Shown piece after piece: positions 10,397-22,719 of a DNA stretch of 37,695 bases; positions within the stretch are counted from its first letter, which is position 1; each line of letters opens with the position of its first letter. A model generated the notes under the pieces. The model did not search any database and was not told the origin of the DNA. It saw only the letters and a program-made list of their open reading frames with translations. The stretch is from Octopus bimaculoides (Eukaryota). The stretch spans positions 68,963,725-69,001,419 of the forward strand of contig NC_068990.1 of NCBI RefSeq assembly GCF_001194135.2, read 5' to 3'. The translations under genes were made by a program, and so were the position numbers.

Positions 10397-11281
10397 CACT
10401 CACACACTAAACTGAATAATATGAATTGCCCATATCTTAAGTACTAACTCATTCGCGAAAACAAAATATTTTCAAACTGATAATAAGACTTTTTCCTTCT
10501 TTTTTTGTTCAAAATATAGCCGTTTGATTCGAACCAGCACCGGTTTAGTGCTTTTTATTTATTTATTTATTTTATTTTTTACACACTCAAGGATCAAAAG
10601 CGTTAAGCTGGTTATAGTTTTTACCGCAAACTTCACCATGATATCGAACAATAAATGAAAACAGATATTTTCTTAAGTACAGGTTTCGTTATTATAAGAA
10701 GGACCAGCAAGTATGGAGTTGATTGAAATTATCAAAAATAATAAAGGGTTATGTGACTAGCATAAAAGATTAGTTAACAGAGAGTGCAGCCTTTGAATCG
10801 GTTTATATTCCATCATTCAGGGCATTTTATTTACATTTCTAATATCACTGGGAATAATATAAATGTCTCTTAGTGACGTAGTGTTTAAAAGTACAAATAT
10901 CATCTCCGAACGAATACCGTAGTATATTTGCATTTTAAGTGATGTATTTGCTTTGGCTATCTTACTCTTACACTGCTTTTGTTACATATAATGAATTTAT
11001 ATTCCGGTTGCCGGCTAAGTTTAACATCAATCAGTTTTCGGTCACTGTTTTCCTATATCAGGCGGGATGGATTTCGTCTTCATATTTGCCTGACAAAGCC
11101 CAATGAGGCAGAAATGCGCATCTAGCATTCTCACCGCCACCATGAGATGTTTTTGAACACTATATGTCGATAAGACTTATTATCTGCAGACGAATAAAGC
11201 TTTTAATTTGCCTTTTGGTCATGTAACTACAATAAATATGAATATATAGATAAAGAGAGATAGACAGAGGCAGAGACAGAA

Positions 11282-11282
<1 letters not shown>

Positions 11283-11345
<63 letters not shown>
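11283..11345. repeat. (GATA)n microsatellite
   Basis: Read directly. Confidence 0.95.
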
Positions 11346-11346
<1 letters not shown>

Positions 11347-12059
11347 AATATATATATGTACATAAATACATACATACAGATGTGTAAATATAACGAATAG
11401 GTATATATGCATATATGTGCGCGTGCGTATGTGTGTATGGATAAGGATTGTATTTAGATTGGCTCTAATTTGCTTCGCGGATAGTTTGTGACATTCAGTG
11501 ATGTTTACCATTAAGAATTAAAATTTTTAAGTATCACATAGCCCAATATTAAAAATAAAATTCTTAACCATTGTACAACCCAGCACCACTAACGGGAGAG
11601 ATGAATGGAGCCTATAACACTCTAATTTCCAAGGTCTGTGAGACTGGTAGGTGGAAGAGATGTTACCCACACGTATAAGACCAGGCTCGAATATGTCCAA
11701 CTGGTTAGACTCTAAAAGCACCCAAGGACTAAGGTGACGATGTTATACCTGACGATGAATTAAACCTAGCATACGAGAACTCCAAACGCCAAGAGCCGAG
11801 ACATCTTGGCAAATCATCACTGTCCAATCAATTTACAATCCCGTCAATTCCCCACCTTCTATGGGTATATTATTTTCTACTACGAAGGGATAAAAGTTAA
11901 ATCTCACATCAGCAAAATTTGAACCAAGTGCCAAGAGGTGGGGGGCGGGAATAAATACCGCGGAAAGCGGTGTTTGTCTTCAGGACATTCAAGGAAGAAG
12001 TTCAATCTTTAAATACATTTAATTTTACTATAAGCTGTTTTGTACCAGTTGACGCAGTT

Positions 12060-12410
12060 TAGCCATGTTCAGCCTCTCTAACAACATCTTGGAAAGAGAC
12101 CAGAGACCATCCGTTGATGGAAAAGCTTGAGAACGATCTTTCTCCGATTGTGATGGGAATCCACCCCACCAGCTGAAGACTTCCCTCCTGGCTCCGAAGC
12201 ACAATGAATTCAATGGGAGACACTCAACCACCTGAGAATGAGAAAGTTGCTTTGATCAGACGGGGTTACAAAACTAGACCAACTACACATGGATATGGAG
12301 AAATAGACCACGACATGGAGCACAATCTTGTCTGTCTCGTACTTTCCAAACTTAGCAACTCAAAAGACTTTGAACAGTTCAATAGAAATGCAAAGAGCTG
12401 TGTAAAGAAA
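12060..12410 (+). mobile_element. Highly degenerate CR1/L2-like RT C-terminal fragment (tentative)
   Basis: Short peptides across frames fall in the expected order: DGNP, SLL.....W, RKL, DQL, RP.MEHN, QRAV (compare MDG..L...LLG....L.W..H...RKLG...QL...IRP.MEY...QRRA). Needs many frameshifts. Confidence 0.35.
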
Positions 12411-13464
12411 AGGGAAACCTCACATATCTGTTACTTTTCGGAGAATCGTAAGAAAAAATAAGCAGAGTTAATTTACAAAATGTCTTTCCTCGCACGATAC
12501 GCCCGTATGCCTAGTAAAAGAATAAAGATAAATCAATAATTATACACTAATGGACCGATGTTACAGCAAAGAAAAGAAGGATTTCACTTATTTAGGTACA
12601 CCTTGTCTGACACTAATTTAAGAAATAAATAGCAGCCGATACTGTTCTGGACAGATTTGCAATCAGAATGTTGACAACCAAAAGGAAAACTCAAATCCAT
12701 CTCGTCCACGATCAATAAAGGCAGTGAATTATTTTTACGCACGCCTAAAACAAATTAATTTTCGTTCATAGAAAATTCCCTTTTCGGAACAATTTTTAAT
12801 ATTTACATAGAGCCCCACAAACAAATGAGCTAGTTTGGTTCAAGTTTACTTCTTTGTTGATTTATTAAAATGTTCAGTCAGGTTCTTACCTTTAGAAATT
12901 CAAATGTTAAAATAGCCAAAATTAAGAAGATAATAGTGTAACGTTTTTAACAACACATACATCCGTAGACACATTCTTGTTGCAGAAAATAAAAAAGACT
13001 ATGATTTAGGTGAAATGTTTTCTACAGATGATAACATTCACAAAATGAAAGTGCAATTGTATACTGTAAATTTATTGAAGTCAAAAAAATTAGTTCATAA
13101 ACTATTACGATGTCCTTAAAAGATTTGGCTCTGTGCAGAATTTCTGAAACCTTGTTTCAAAACTGTAACCTATAGTACAGAGTTCTGAATGAAGAAGAAC
13201 ACGCACGCGAATATATGATGTGCGTTTGCATTTATTTATGTAACTATATCTTCATCTATCAATCTCTCTAAACGAGAAAGGTACAAGGGGAATAGGGAAA
13301 GAGAAAGAGCAAGAATATGCTACTAGCATATAGCCAAGTAATTAGTAGGGGCTAAACCATAATAAGGAGAAATCATAACGGCTTTACTCAAAGGGCAAAA
13401 GAATAGAATTACTGCTTACTTCAGATGATTACGTCAGAGGCTCTGTTCAGTAACGAGACGTTAT

Positions 13465-13705
13465 GAAGACGAACGGCTGCGTGCGATTCCCGGCAACACG
13501 AACATGGTGGTTAGTATTTTACGGAGATGCCTCACAAAGGACCAGCGTAAGATGTAAAGGAATATTTTGGGACTTAAAATGGTGTATGTATGTAGCTAGG
13601 GATGGGATCGAGAATTTAGAGAATTTAGAGATTTTATCTGAGAAGGAAATCATGTGATCCCGGAATCAGCACATGAAATCGAGAGGGCCGCCAATGTAGA
13701 CCTGG
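13465..13705 (+). mobile_element. Degenerate RTE-clade LINE fragment (C-terminal ORF region), cut by an assembly gap
   Basis: Across frames: CV.PAT..(E)TW, then DQRKM*RNILGLK, DGIEN.EI and MKSR(W)AANV. This matches the RTE order CVLP.MTYG.ETW...QR.MER.MLG..DRIRN.EI...KWRWAGHV. Confidence 0.5.
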
Positions 13706-13897
13706 NNNNNNNNNNNNNNNNNNNNNNNNNNNNNNNNNNNNNNNNNNNNNNNNNNNNNNNNNNNNNNNNNNNNNNNNNNNNNNNNNNNNNNNNNNNNNNN
13801 NNNNNNNNNNNNNNNNNNNNNNNNNNNNNNNNNNNNNNNNNNNNNNNNNNNNNNNNNNNNNNNNNNNNNNNNNNNNNNNNNNNNNNNNNNNNNNNNN
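13706..13897. other. Assembly gap (N run)
   Basis: N characters. Confidence 1.
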
Positions 13898-14397
13898 ACA
13901 TTTGTGTATTAAGGCTTAATCAATCTTTATCCACCAATACGTTGATGAGCACTCATTCTCATTGTTCAACATTTACGTGTGTGTGTATATATATATATAC
14001 ATACCGCACATAAGTATGTGTATGTGGCCTGTGTATATGTTGTATGTGTGTGCGTGCGTGCGCGCATTTGTGTGTGAGTGCGTGCATGTGTGCGCATGTG
14101 TTTGTGTAAATTTGATTCTTCTCTCAGTTCATTCATCAGTAAATGTTCCGTTATTCTTAAGCTTGCTTTAAAATAATGACCTTATTTTCACATTTATATT
14201 ATGCATATATATATATATATATATATATATTACACACGCATAAAAGCACACATACACTATCACTTATATACGTTTGTCTGTGTAAACATATTGTCACTTA
14301 TATACTTATGAGTACGTATGTATATTTATATATATGCGTGTATAGTGTGTAATATATGCACACATGTGTGTGTGTGTATATATATATGTATATGTAA

Positions 14398-14447
<50 letters not shown>

Positions 14448-14455
14448 GAGATATA

Positions 14456-14465
14456 NNNNNNNNNN
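14456..14465. other. Assembly gap (10 N) within TA-rich repeats
   Basis: N characters. Confidence 1.
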
Positions 14466-15342
14466 TATGCACACACATATGCATACATATCATTTAGCAG
14501 AACGGATCAGTACATTATGTATACATATAGATAGATAGATAGATAGATACATAGATACATAGATACATACATACATACATACATGCATATAGATACAAAT
14601 ATATATTCATATTTACACACACACGCACACACGTATGTATATATATATATAAAAATCATGTGTGTGCGTGTGTAATTCGTGGTTATATTACGGAATGGTT
14701 TTAAGTTACGTCGTATACGTTTCGTAAATATTGTCTGATGAACTAATGCATTTCTGTATTATAAATGCAATTTTATAACACTTATTGTCGTTTTTATTAT
14801 GATTTTACCCATTTGCAATGACTTGTCATAGACTTAGAACCATTGTGATTCCAGCCTGTTAGTGGAAATCGCCATTATTATTCTTGGAGAACGCAATTTA
14901 ACGAAGTTTTCGTTACTATTCTTTTACACCAGAAAACCTCAGGGTCAAACTTACTAAGTTTGATGTAGAAACTAAAAATAGTCTTAGTGAATATACACTT
15001 TTGATAGGTCTGTTTAATACTACATGTGTGCGTGTGAGTGTGTATGTGTGTGAGAGTGTGTGTGCGTGTGTGTGGGGTGTCTGTGTGTCTGTGTGTACAT
15101 ATATGTAGCCAGCTATGAAGTATAGTTCATGTATACATACTACAGATATATTACTGCAGTATTTGCTCTGAGGTAACAACTCTTATGGGCATGCTTTGTT
15201 AAAAACACAATAAATATCAGGAGGACACGGAAATATCGACAGTGTGCATATATTATATATGATGCATAGAAGACTGTTTTAAATTTAAATTTATATTTAC
15301 ACACGCGCACGCACACACACGCGCACGCACAGATATATGTAC

Positions 15343-15347
<5 letters not shown>

Positions 15348-15400
<53 letters not shown>
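15348..15400. repeat. (TAA)n microsatellite
   Basis: Read directly. Confidence 0.95.
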
Positions 15401-15947
15401 TAAATAATATACAAATATACGCATATATACATGCATAAAATGTACATACCTACATATATATGTATATATACATGCATATATGGCTACAGGACATCAGAAA
15501 AAAACGTAGACAATGAGAAACGAGAACATAAAAATCAAAAACATAGAAAACGAACTTTTTTTCGAACAACGAAAGAAAGAAACAAACAGAGAAACGAGAC
15601 AGGCAACATAAATAACATTACCTTCATCAGTTGCCCCCTGTTTTATCTACTCCGCGTTTCGAAGGTAAGGACAAGACACGATTTCGTTAAAACAGTCCTT
15701 CCTGCAAAGCAAATTAAATAAAATTTGGAATTTTTTGCGGAGGGTGAAAGTGGTAACAAAAACATGACAGTAAGAACAAAACAGTAAAAACAAACGGTGA
15801 GGGTTGTTAAGCCAAGACGATGTGAAGTGGTACATTTTTTATTTCATGTACTGTACCCATATATGCATGTATATATACATATATATGTAGGTATGTACAT
15901 ATATGTATGTATATATGCATATATTTATATATTATTTATATTATTAT
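15392..15947. mobile_element. Fold-back/MITE-like element with ~100-bp terminal inverted repeats
   Basis: 15440-15483 is the exact reverse complement of 15857-15900 (44 bp, ccatatatgcatgtatatatacatatatatgtaggtatgtacat). Imperfect pairing extends to about 15392-15494 versus 15846-15947, around a ~350-bp non-coding core. Confidence 0.6.
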
Positions 15948-15988
15948 ATGATCCAACGCCACGCATCCATTTCCAAGTAAGTTTTATT

Positions 15989-16236
<248 letters not shown>

Positions 16237-16717
16237 AGACTGAATGAATGGATATATTTCAGATTAAACATAAGTCAAGGAGTCAGGCAATGATCGGCCT
16301 CAGCTAGGCTTGTATTATTTCAAAAGAAAGCAAAAAAGAGTCAAATGAACTTTCAGTAGAGAGTGAAACCTTCTTCAGAGTAAAGCTGACATTACTAAAT
16401 AAAAGAAAGATAGATCAGTTTCATATCTTCTCTGTTTGAATTGGAAGCGTTGGATATTCCGCTCTCTACAGCTACTAAACTACACTCCCTCTGTCTCCGT
16501 ATACAATCACGTATCTCTTTATTTATGTATGTCCTCATTTATCTACGTCTTCATATGCCCGACGAGCTGGCCATGCTATATTTCCCCGTCCACGAAGCTT
16601 TAAATAACACGAGGAGTTAGTGACCATAAATTAATAAATACATCTCCAAATATTGAGTGTTACTTCCGTTCGTCTCTTCACTCACTCCTTTATATATATA
16701 TATATATATATATATAT

Positions 16718-17190
16718 NNNNNNNNNNNNNNNNNNNNNNNNNNNNNNNNNNNNNNNNNNNNNNNNNNNNNNNNNNNNNNNNNNNNNNNNNNNNNNNNNNN
16801 NNNNNNNNNNNNNNNNNNNNNNNNNNNNNNNNNNNNNNNNNNNNNNNNNNNNNNNNNNNNNNNNNNNNNNNNNNNNNNNNNNNNNNNNNNNNNNNNNNNN
16901 NNNNNNNNNNNNNNNNNNNNNNNNNNNNNNNNNNNNNNNNNNNNNNNNNNNNNNNNNNNNNNNNNNNNNNNNNNNNNNNNNNNNNNNNNNNNNNNNNNNN
17001 NNNNNNNNNNNNNNNNNNNNNNNNNNNNNNNNNNNNNNNNNNNNNNNNNNNNNNNNNNNNNNNNNNNNNNNNNNNNNNNNNNNNNNNNNNNNNNNNNNNN
17101 NNNNNNNNNNNNNNNNNNNNNNNNNNNNNNNNNNNNNNNNNNNNNNNNNNNNNNNNNNNNNNNNNNNNNNNNNNNNNNNNNNNNNNNNNN
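16718..17190. other. Assembly gap flanked by (TA)n
   Basis: N characters. Confidence 1.
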
Positions 17191-17572
17191 NATATATATG
17201 TGGGTGGGTGTATGTATGTATGTATGTATGTAAATACGTATGTATCAAATTATAGAAATATGTGTTTATATATTCATGCATGTATGTATAATACTCTAAC
17301 CATATTATATAGTAAATCAGGATTCTGTGTATTTTGTACAGCGTGGTAGAGACTCATCAGGAGATTAGTATACGATATATAGTGATGAGTTTATCATACA
17401 AGCTCAGATTAGTTGCAACGCTTACTAGTGGGTGTGAACGTTTTTGTGGGCACTGCAGACAAAGTGTGTAGTAGAAAGTGATCGCTGTTTCTAGACAATT
17501 TCTCAGTCTCCGTCTCTCATTTCTATATCAAAGTCTAGAAACAAATTTTAACATGATATTAAGATAAAACTG

Positions 17573-17796
17573 AAAGGCGGGAAGCTGACAGAATCGTTAA
17601 CATGCCGGGAAAAATACTTGGCGGCATTTCGTCCGTCTTTATGTTCTGAGTTCAAATTCCGCCCAAGTCCGCTATGCTTTTCATCCTTTCGGGGGTCGAT
17701 AAAATAAGTAACATTTGAACACTGGGGTTGATGTAACAGACTTACTCACTTTCACTCGAAAATGCTCCCCTTGAGCCAAAATTTAAAACAGATATT
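17573..17796 (+). mobile_element. tRNA-head SINE copy
   Basis: aaaggcgggaagctgacagaatcgttaac...gagttcaaattccgcc...catcctttcgggggtcgataaaataagt...gagccaaaatttaaaac. Confidence 0.8.
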
Positions 17797-17825
17797 GTGA
17801 GCAACTGCTTGTTGGTCAGAGTTAG

Positions 17826-18046
17826 AATAATTGTTTCTATCATAGGCGCAAGACTAAAAATTTGGGGTGGAAGAAGGAAGTTAGTCGATTACATTGATTC
17901 CAGTGCTCAACTGGTACTTATTTTATCGACCTCGGAAGGATGAAAGACAAAGTCGACCTAGGAGGAATCTGAACCCACAACGCAAAACTGGAAGAAATAC
18001 CACAAATCATTTTGTCCATCCGTTAATGCTTCTGCCATCTCGCTGC
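17826..18046 (-). mobile_element. tRNA-head SINE copy, tail-to-tail with 17573-17796
   Basis: The reverse complement reads gcagcgagatggcagaagcattaac...gtcgactttgtctttcatccttccgaggtcgataaaataagtaccagttgagcactgg...gcgcctatgatagaaacaattatt. Confidence 0.8.
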
Positions 18047-18574
18047 ATTATATACAATCAGTAACAACGGCAAAAACAACGACAGTAACAATAACAATGA
18101 CAACAACAAAAATAATTGCAGATTTCGAAACGTGTCAATAAGCGAAAACAAAGATTATAATATTTGCTTATTATAGGTTTAGCACTGTGGCAACTAATCA
18201 TCTACATCGGATAAATATCCGCAACTAAATTACTCTGGCCTGATGTTACGTCTATTTACAAGTAAATCGCTTGAAGGTTGAGCCTACAACGGACCGGCTT
18301 CTCATACATGAAAACCATGTTAAGCTTCGGCTTTGAGAGTACAAGGGATCATGGCAGACCTAGGTTTTCATTGGCAGTTTTAGAATAGTGAAGCAGACAT
18401 TTTGCCTGCTTTATGATTCTAAAATTGAATTCAGCTGTATAGCAGAGACAATGCTTATTTATAGAATGAATATGTAATAAATTTATAATAAATGTGGATG
18501 ACCAATACGAAATATAGTTAGAGTTGTTGTATAGTTTCTAATACTGGACATAGCTTAATGAAAGAAAAAAATAT

Positions 18575-18782
18575 TGATTTCAAATTTTGGACCAAGGCTA
18601 GCAAATTCGGGTGATGGGCTACGTCGAATACATCCAGTGCTCGACTGGCATTCATTTTATAGACCCCTGAGAGGATGAAAGAAAAAGTGACCTCGGAGGA
18701 ATTTGAGTTCAGAACGCAAAGACGGACGAAATGCCGCAAAAGTGGACAAATGCCCGCCGTGCTAACGATTCTGCTTCCACCC
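18575..18782 (-). mobile_element. tRNA-head SINE copy
   Basis: tttcaaattttggaccaagg...gaggatgaaag...cctcggaggaatttgagttcagaacgcaaagacggacgaaatgccgc...gtgctaacgattctgc. Confidence 0.75.
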
Positions 18783-18905
18783 TGCTCTATAAAAAAATTT
18801 GAGATATGTTTTGAATATAAAGGACCAACATAGAATACAGTTAGTTAGGGTTGTTACACAAATTCTAAAAGTGAACACAGCTTTATAGAAGAGAAATGAA
18901 TTAAG

Positions 18906-19030
18906 TTGCGTGGCCTGGTAATTAGAGTATAAGATCGTAGGTTCAATTTCTAGACTGGACGATGTGTTGCTATCTTTAACAGTGCATATCATTTCTTGTT
19001 GCTCTAGTTTACTTAGATGGAAATGAACAC
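18906..19030 (+). mobile_element. Degraded second-family SINE (tRNA head plus CORE-like body)
   Basis: gcgtggcctggtaattag ... gtaggttcaatttc, followed by gtgttgctatc...gttgctctagtttacttag...aaatga. Confidence 0.4.
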
Positions 19031-20132
19031 CAACCTTAGGTACTGGCGCAGCTCTTACTTCTACTAGCGGTAGCATACTCAGTGTTCCAATGAGTCCAAG
19101 ACGGCAGTGTCGAGAGTGTGTCTACGTCTGCTTGAAATTACATACACGGGATCCTAAAACAATTAATAAAAGCGTGGTACAAGCTACCATGTCGCATTTA
19201 TATTTGAGTGACGGCAAGGTCATTCATTCTAGCTGTGCTCGTAGCAGGCCAATTGAAAATGGCTTTTAGTTGAAATTTATGCCCCCTCTCTTCCTTCTTT
19301 CCTTCCTTCCTTCCTTCTCTCAGTAGGATACGATTGGCTTTGTAAAGTATAGCAGAATCAAGAACTAATGACTTCTAAAAGAGACTATCTGAGTTTATGA
19401 CATCGGAACAGAGACAATAAGCAGAAGAGTGATACAAACTAATAGTAAAGGTCTATAGAAGTGTTCATCCTTTAGTGGATAGTGAATTTAGAAGACAGGA
19501 TCAACAGAGAATATGGTTAAGATCGCCACGTGGATTCTAAACTTGATGTAGTTCTATAGAAGAAATAATTCTTGGACATATACTGAATGTAAAATAAAAA
19601 AAAACCGACATGGAATACAATAAGGCTAAGGCTCTAGATTTTGATAACATGGAAGTAATATTGACGCCTAACATTGGCACAACTCCTCGTATTTTAAAAG
19701 AAGTGATGCAATTGATTTGATCGATCCTAATACGTATTTTATCGATCCCGGAAGAATAAATATAGCCGTCAAGCAGTCTATAGTTTCTACTATCCACTTT
19801 TCTAAATATAGAATTGATATTATCATGGCTAAATATGGATGTTGTAGCATCCACGCATCCATACCCCTTTACTAAATATAGCAATTGGCCATGCAAATAA
19901 ATGCAGTTTCTCTTTAGCTTCTTTTAAAGTCTGTTAGTGAACGGGTGTGGTGCGGTACCCTTGATCTTCACGGGATTGTTTTGCAGCTGGTACTCAATGT
20001 GAAAGTGTCTCTCCATGGCGATGAATTTCGATAGAGTTGTGGATCATACCTCAATAATGAACATACCACAGCAATGAACACTTTTTCGAGAAGACTCATT
20101 ATATTAGTTTCTATACCACCCCTCTCTTAGAT

Positions 20133-20189
<57 letters not shown>

Positions 20190-20269
20190 GTAGGTAGGGA
20201 GATAGACTGGGGAAGATATACATATACACGCGCGCGCGCACATATTCACACATACTAATTTTACTGTAT

Positions 20270-20326
<57 letters not shown>
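20133..20326. repeat. (GATA)n and (CTA)n microsatellites
   Basis: (GATA)n ~20133-20188; (CTA)n ~20271-20326. Confidence 0.9.
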
Positions 20327-20788
20327 AACTATGATCACTACTATTATTACCGCTGCTGCTGCCGCCCCTCCTGTTGCTGATATTTTGAAATCCCATAATA
20401 AATGTTTAAGTAACGTTAACAATTTTGTTTTAAGTAATGTTTAAGTAAAGTTAACAAGTTTTTATGAATCGCTAATATGTATCACCCACGCTTTAATTTC
20501 TTTTGTTTTAACACACTGTCTCGTATGAAATCACTTGTAGACCAAGCGAAGACATGTTACCATGAAGTAGAGAAATTTGAAAAGACAACACGAAACCGGT
20601 CATTTCTCCAAATACAATGTTTATATACCAAAAAAAATTTATAACATTTTTCTGACATATTTTAAATATATACTTTAACCATGTAACACAAGCCTTCTGT
20701 AGTTTTTTCACTCTTGTTTATCTTTTATACATCCAGCCACGTGCTTTCACATACCAATTTTCTCACCTATATATATATATATATATAT

Positions 20789-20965
20789 NNNNNNNNNNNN
20801 NNNNNNNNNNNNNNNNNNNNNNNNNNNNNNNNNNNNNNNNNNNNNNNNNNNNNNNNNNNNNNNNNNNNNNNNNNNNNNNNNNNNNNNNNNNNNNNNNNNN
20901 NNNNNNNNNNNNNNNNNNNNNNNNNNNNNNNNNNNNNNNNNNNNNNNNNNNNNNNNNNNNNNNNN
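20789..20965. other. Assembly gap flanked by (TA)n
   Basis: N characters. Confidence 1.
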
Positions 20966-20988
20966 TATATATATATATATATATATAT

Positions 20989-21826
20989 TGTTATGAACAA
21001 AAGTATTTATATTCAGATGATTTCCTATTTGTACGACTCGAATTAAAATACCGCTCTCTGCTTTTGCAAGTGAATACGAAAAATAATAATAATTATTATT
21101 ATTCTTTGTCGTCACGTGACTGTTTAAAACATATGCAGTATGATTTTGGCACGCTTTTACGGGGTGGAAGAAGTATGAAGACTACTATTTCCCACGTGGC
21201 GAGTTAGTTCGGACTGAAAAGCGATGTGCGACGTTGATGTGTGATGTGCTGGAAGCCGATGTGAATGGTCTTGTGTAGTAGTTGATGCTATGCGGACGAT
21301 GTGAGGCAGTCAATTTGAGCGATGGTGCCTGGAAATTTCGTATGGAACAGTTGACACAGGATTTGGTATAGAATGTGAAGTTGGTTTCGGAGGTTAATGC
21401 GAACAGTGGACGGTTTTGAACTGACTGCGAAAATAGTGCGAACTTGGCAAAGTAAAATAAGCGGAAAGTTACCGTGAATTCGGAAGCAACAAGAGTCCAG
21501 TCGGAAAAAAAGAAAAAGATATAAAAGAAAGATAGAAAATAAATCATTAGATTGGTGAATAAAAAAAGTCTACACATTTCAGAGGTAAATGAAAGAACTC
21601 TCTAAAAAACTGTTTATTTATTCCATAAATGTTATGGCCTCTTAATTAAAGTTCTTGTATTTTGGTTATACTCAACGGTATTGTTTGTTATTTTCAACTA
21701 TTCTGACTACTGCTTTTTCCGCGCTAAGCAAGTTGGTTTGCTGAGCTCACCTACGCGGTCTTCTGAGCTATTGGCCACAGACTGTTGTGTTGTAGGTGGT
21801 TTCGGGATGCCGCGTGCGGCGTAACA
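20989..21826 (+). mobile_element. Probable 5' LTR of a Ty3/Gypsy-like retrotransposon (3' end firm, 5' start tentative)
   Basis: Ends ...GGCGTAACA two bases before a PBS. Candidate start TGTTA at 20989, directly after (TA)n, gives TGTTA...TAACA terminal inverted repeats; the alternative start is TGTTA at 21630. Contains TATAAAAG 21520-21527, ATTAAA 21645-21650 and GTCACGTGAC 21111-21120. Confidence 0.55.
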
Positions 21827-21828
21827 AC

Positions 21829-21846
21829 TAGTGTCAGAAGTGGGAT
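21829..21846 (+). promoter_or_regulatory. Primer-binding site complementary to the 3' end of tRNA-Leu(CAA)
   Basis: TAGTGTCAGAAGTGGGAT matches 17/18 of TGGTGTCAGAAGTGGGAT, the reverse complement of the ...AUCCCACUUCUGACACCA tRNA-Leu(CAA) 3' end. It directly follows an LTR-type CA end. Confidence 0.8.
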
Positions 21847-21877
21847 ATTCATTGCTGCAGTGAGCCAATTATTCGCT

Positions 21878-22180
21878 ATGTACGTACTCGGAAGGAGTAC
21901 GTACAAGGAAGTAGGCAGCGAAAGAAGAGGTGTCTCTGGCTACAATCGTGAAAGTATTACAAAACGATAAACTGACTGAGTTAAAGAAAGAGCAGAAAGC
22001 GCAGCACATATGTCTTCAGGGACATCTGGATACACTTGTGAAAAGAATGGTGGAGGAAGAACAACAGTTCAAGAAAAAATACATGAAGGATTGCAGCAGT
22101 ACAAACGTGAGGTGGCTGATGTATTACAGAGTGCAAGCAACAGTTAGGCGAACAGTTGAAAACGTTTGTTGAGAGAATGA
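21878..22180 (+). pseudogene. Disrupted gag-like N-terminal coiled-coil ORF of the LTR element, truncated at a (TA/TG)n array
   Basis: Joined frames: ...KEEVSLATIVKVLQNDKLTELKKEQKAQHICLQGHLDTLVKRMVEEEQQF / QEKIHEGLQQYKREVADVLQ / ECKQQLGEQLKTFVERM. It is rich in E/K/Q/L and lies directly downstream of the PBS. The gag call rests on position and composition, not on a recognised domain. Confidence 0.55.
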
Positions 22181-22185
22181 ATGCC

Positions 22186-22186
22186 G

Positions 22187-22219
<33 letters not shown>

Positions 22220-22313
22220 ATGAGTGTGTGTGTGCGTGTGTGTGTGTGAGCGTGTGTATATATATATGTGTGTATGTAGGATATATATATGTGTGCATGT
22301 ATATATATATATA

Positions 22314-22397
<84 letters not shown>

Positions 22398-22398
22398 T
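22186..22398. repeat. (TA)n/(TG)n/(CA)n compound microsatellite
   Basis: Read directly. Confidence 0.95.
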
Positions 22399-22399
22399 A

Positions 22400-22670
22400 A
22401 GCTCTCCGCCAACTTCAAAACAATGCCTTCTATTCCCTCTGCCCCCCAACTCCAAGCCTAACTATCAACAGATCCATGACCCCATCTTCTCACATGACCT
22501 CATCTTCTCCCCCTCTCTCTCTCCCACTGCCTCCAACGTCATTGTCTGTACTCCACGCACCACCACCATTTACTTCCTTCCCAATATCCAACAACCTTGG
22601 CCGCCCCAAAGTCTCCGCCTGTAACTACTCCACAGAATTGATCTCAAAGTACCTCGAACGTGTCCTCCCC
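22400..22670 (+). mobile_element. Penelope-like element reverse-transcriptase relic
   Basis: LFPLPPNSKPNYQQI...DLIFSPSLSPTASNVIVCTPRTTTIYFLPNI, then after a frameshift NNLGRPKVSACNYSTELISKYLERVLP. This matches the PLE RT N-terminal block ...TASNLIV..PRT..FY.LPKIHK.NNPGRPIVSAC.CPTE.IS.YLD..L.P. Confidence 0.85.
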
Positions 22671-22719
22671 TATATGTATGTATGTATATATATATATATA
22701 TGTATGTATATATGGGAGA

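Noticed and set aside
12716-13118. Possible TTAA-type MITE (taaaggc...gtccttaa)
   Set aside because: The ends do not form a convincing inverted repeat.
15618-15668. Minus-strand GAAAC ... CTGATGA with an 8-bp inverted repeat (TTACCTTC/GAAGGTAA), resembling a permuted hammerhead
   Set aside because: Stem I cannot form, stem III is only 2 bp, and the inverted repeat would sequester the core GA; it does not fold as a hammerhead.
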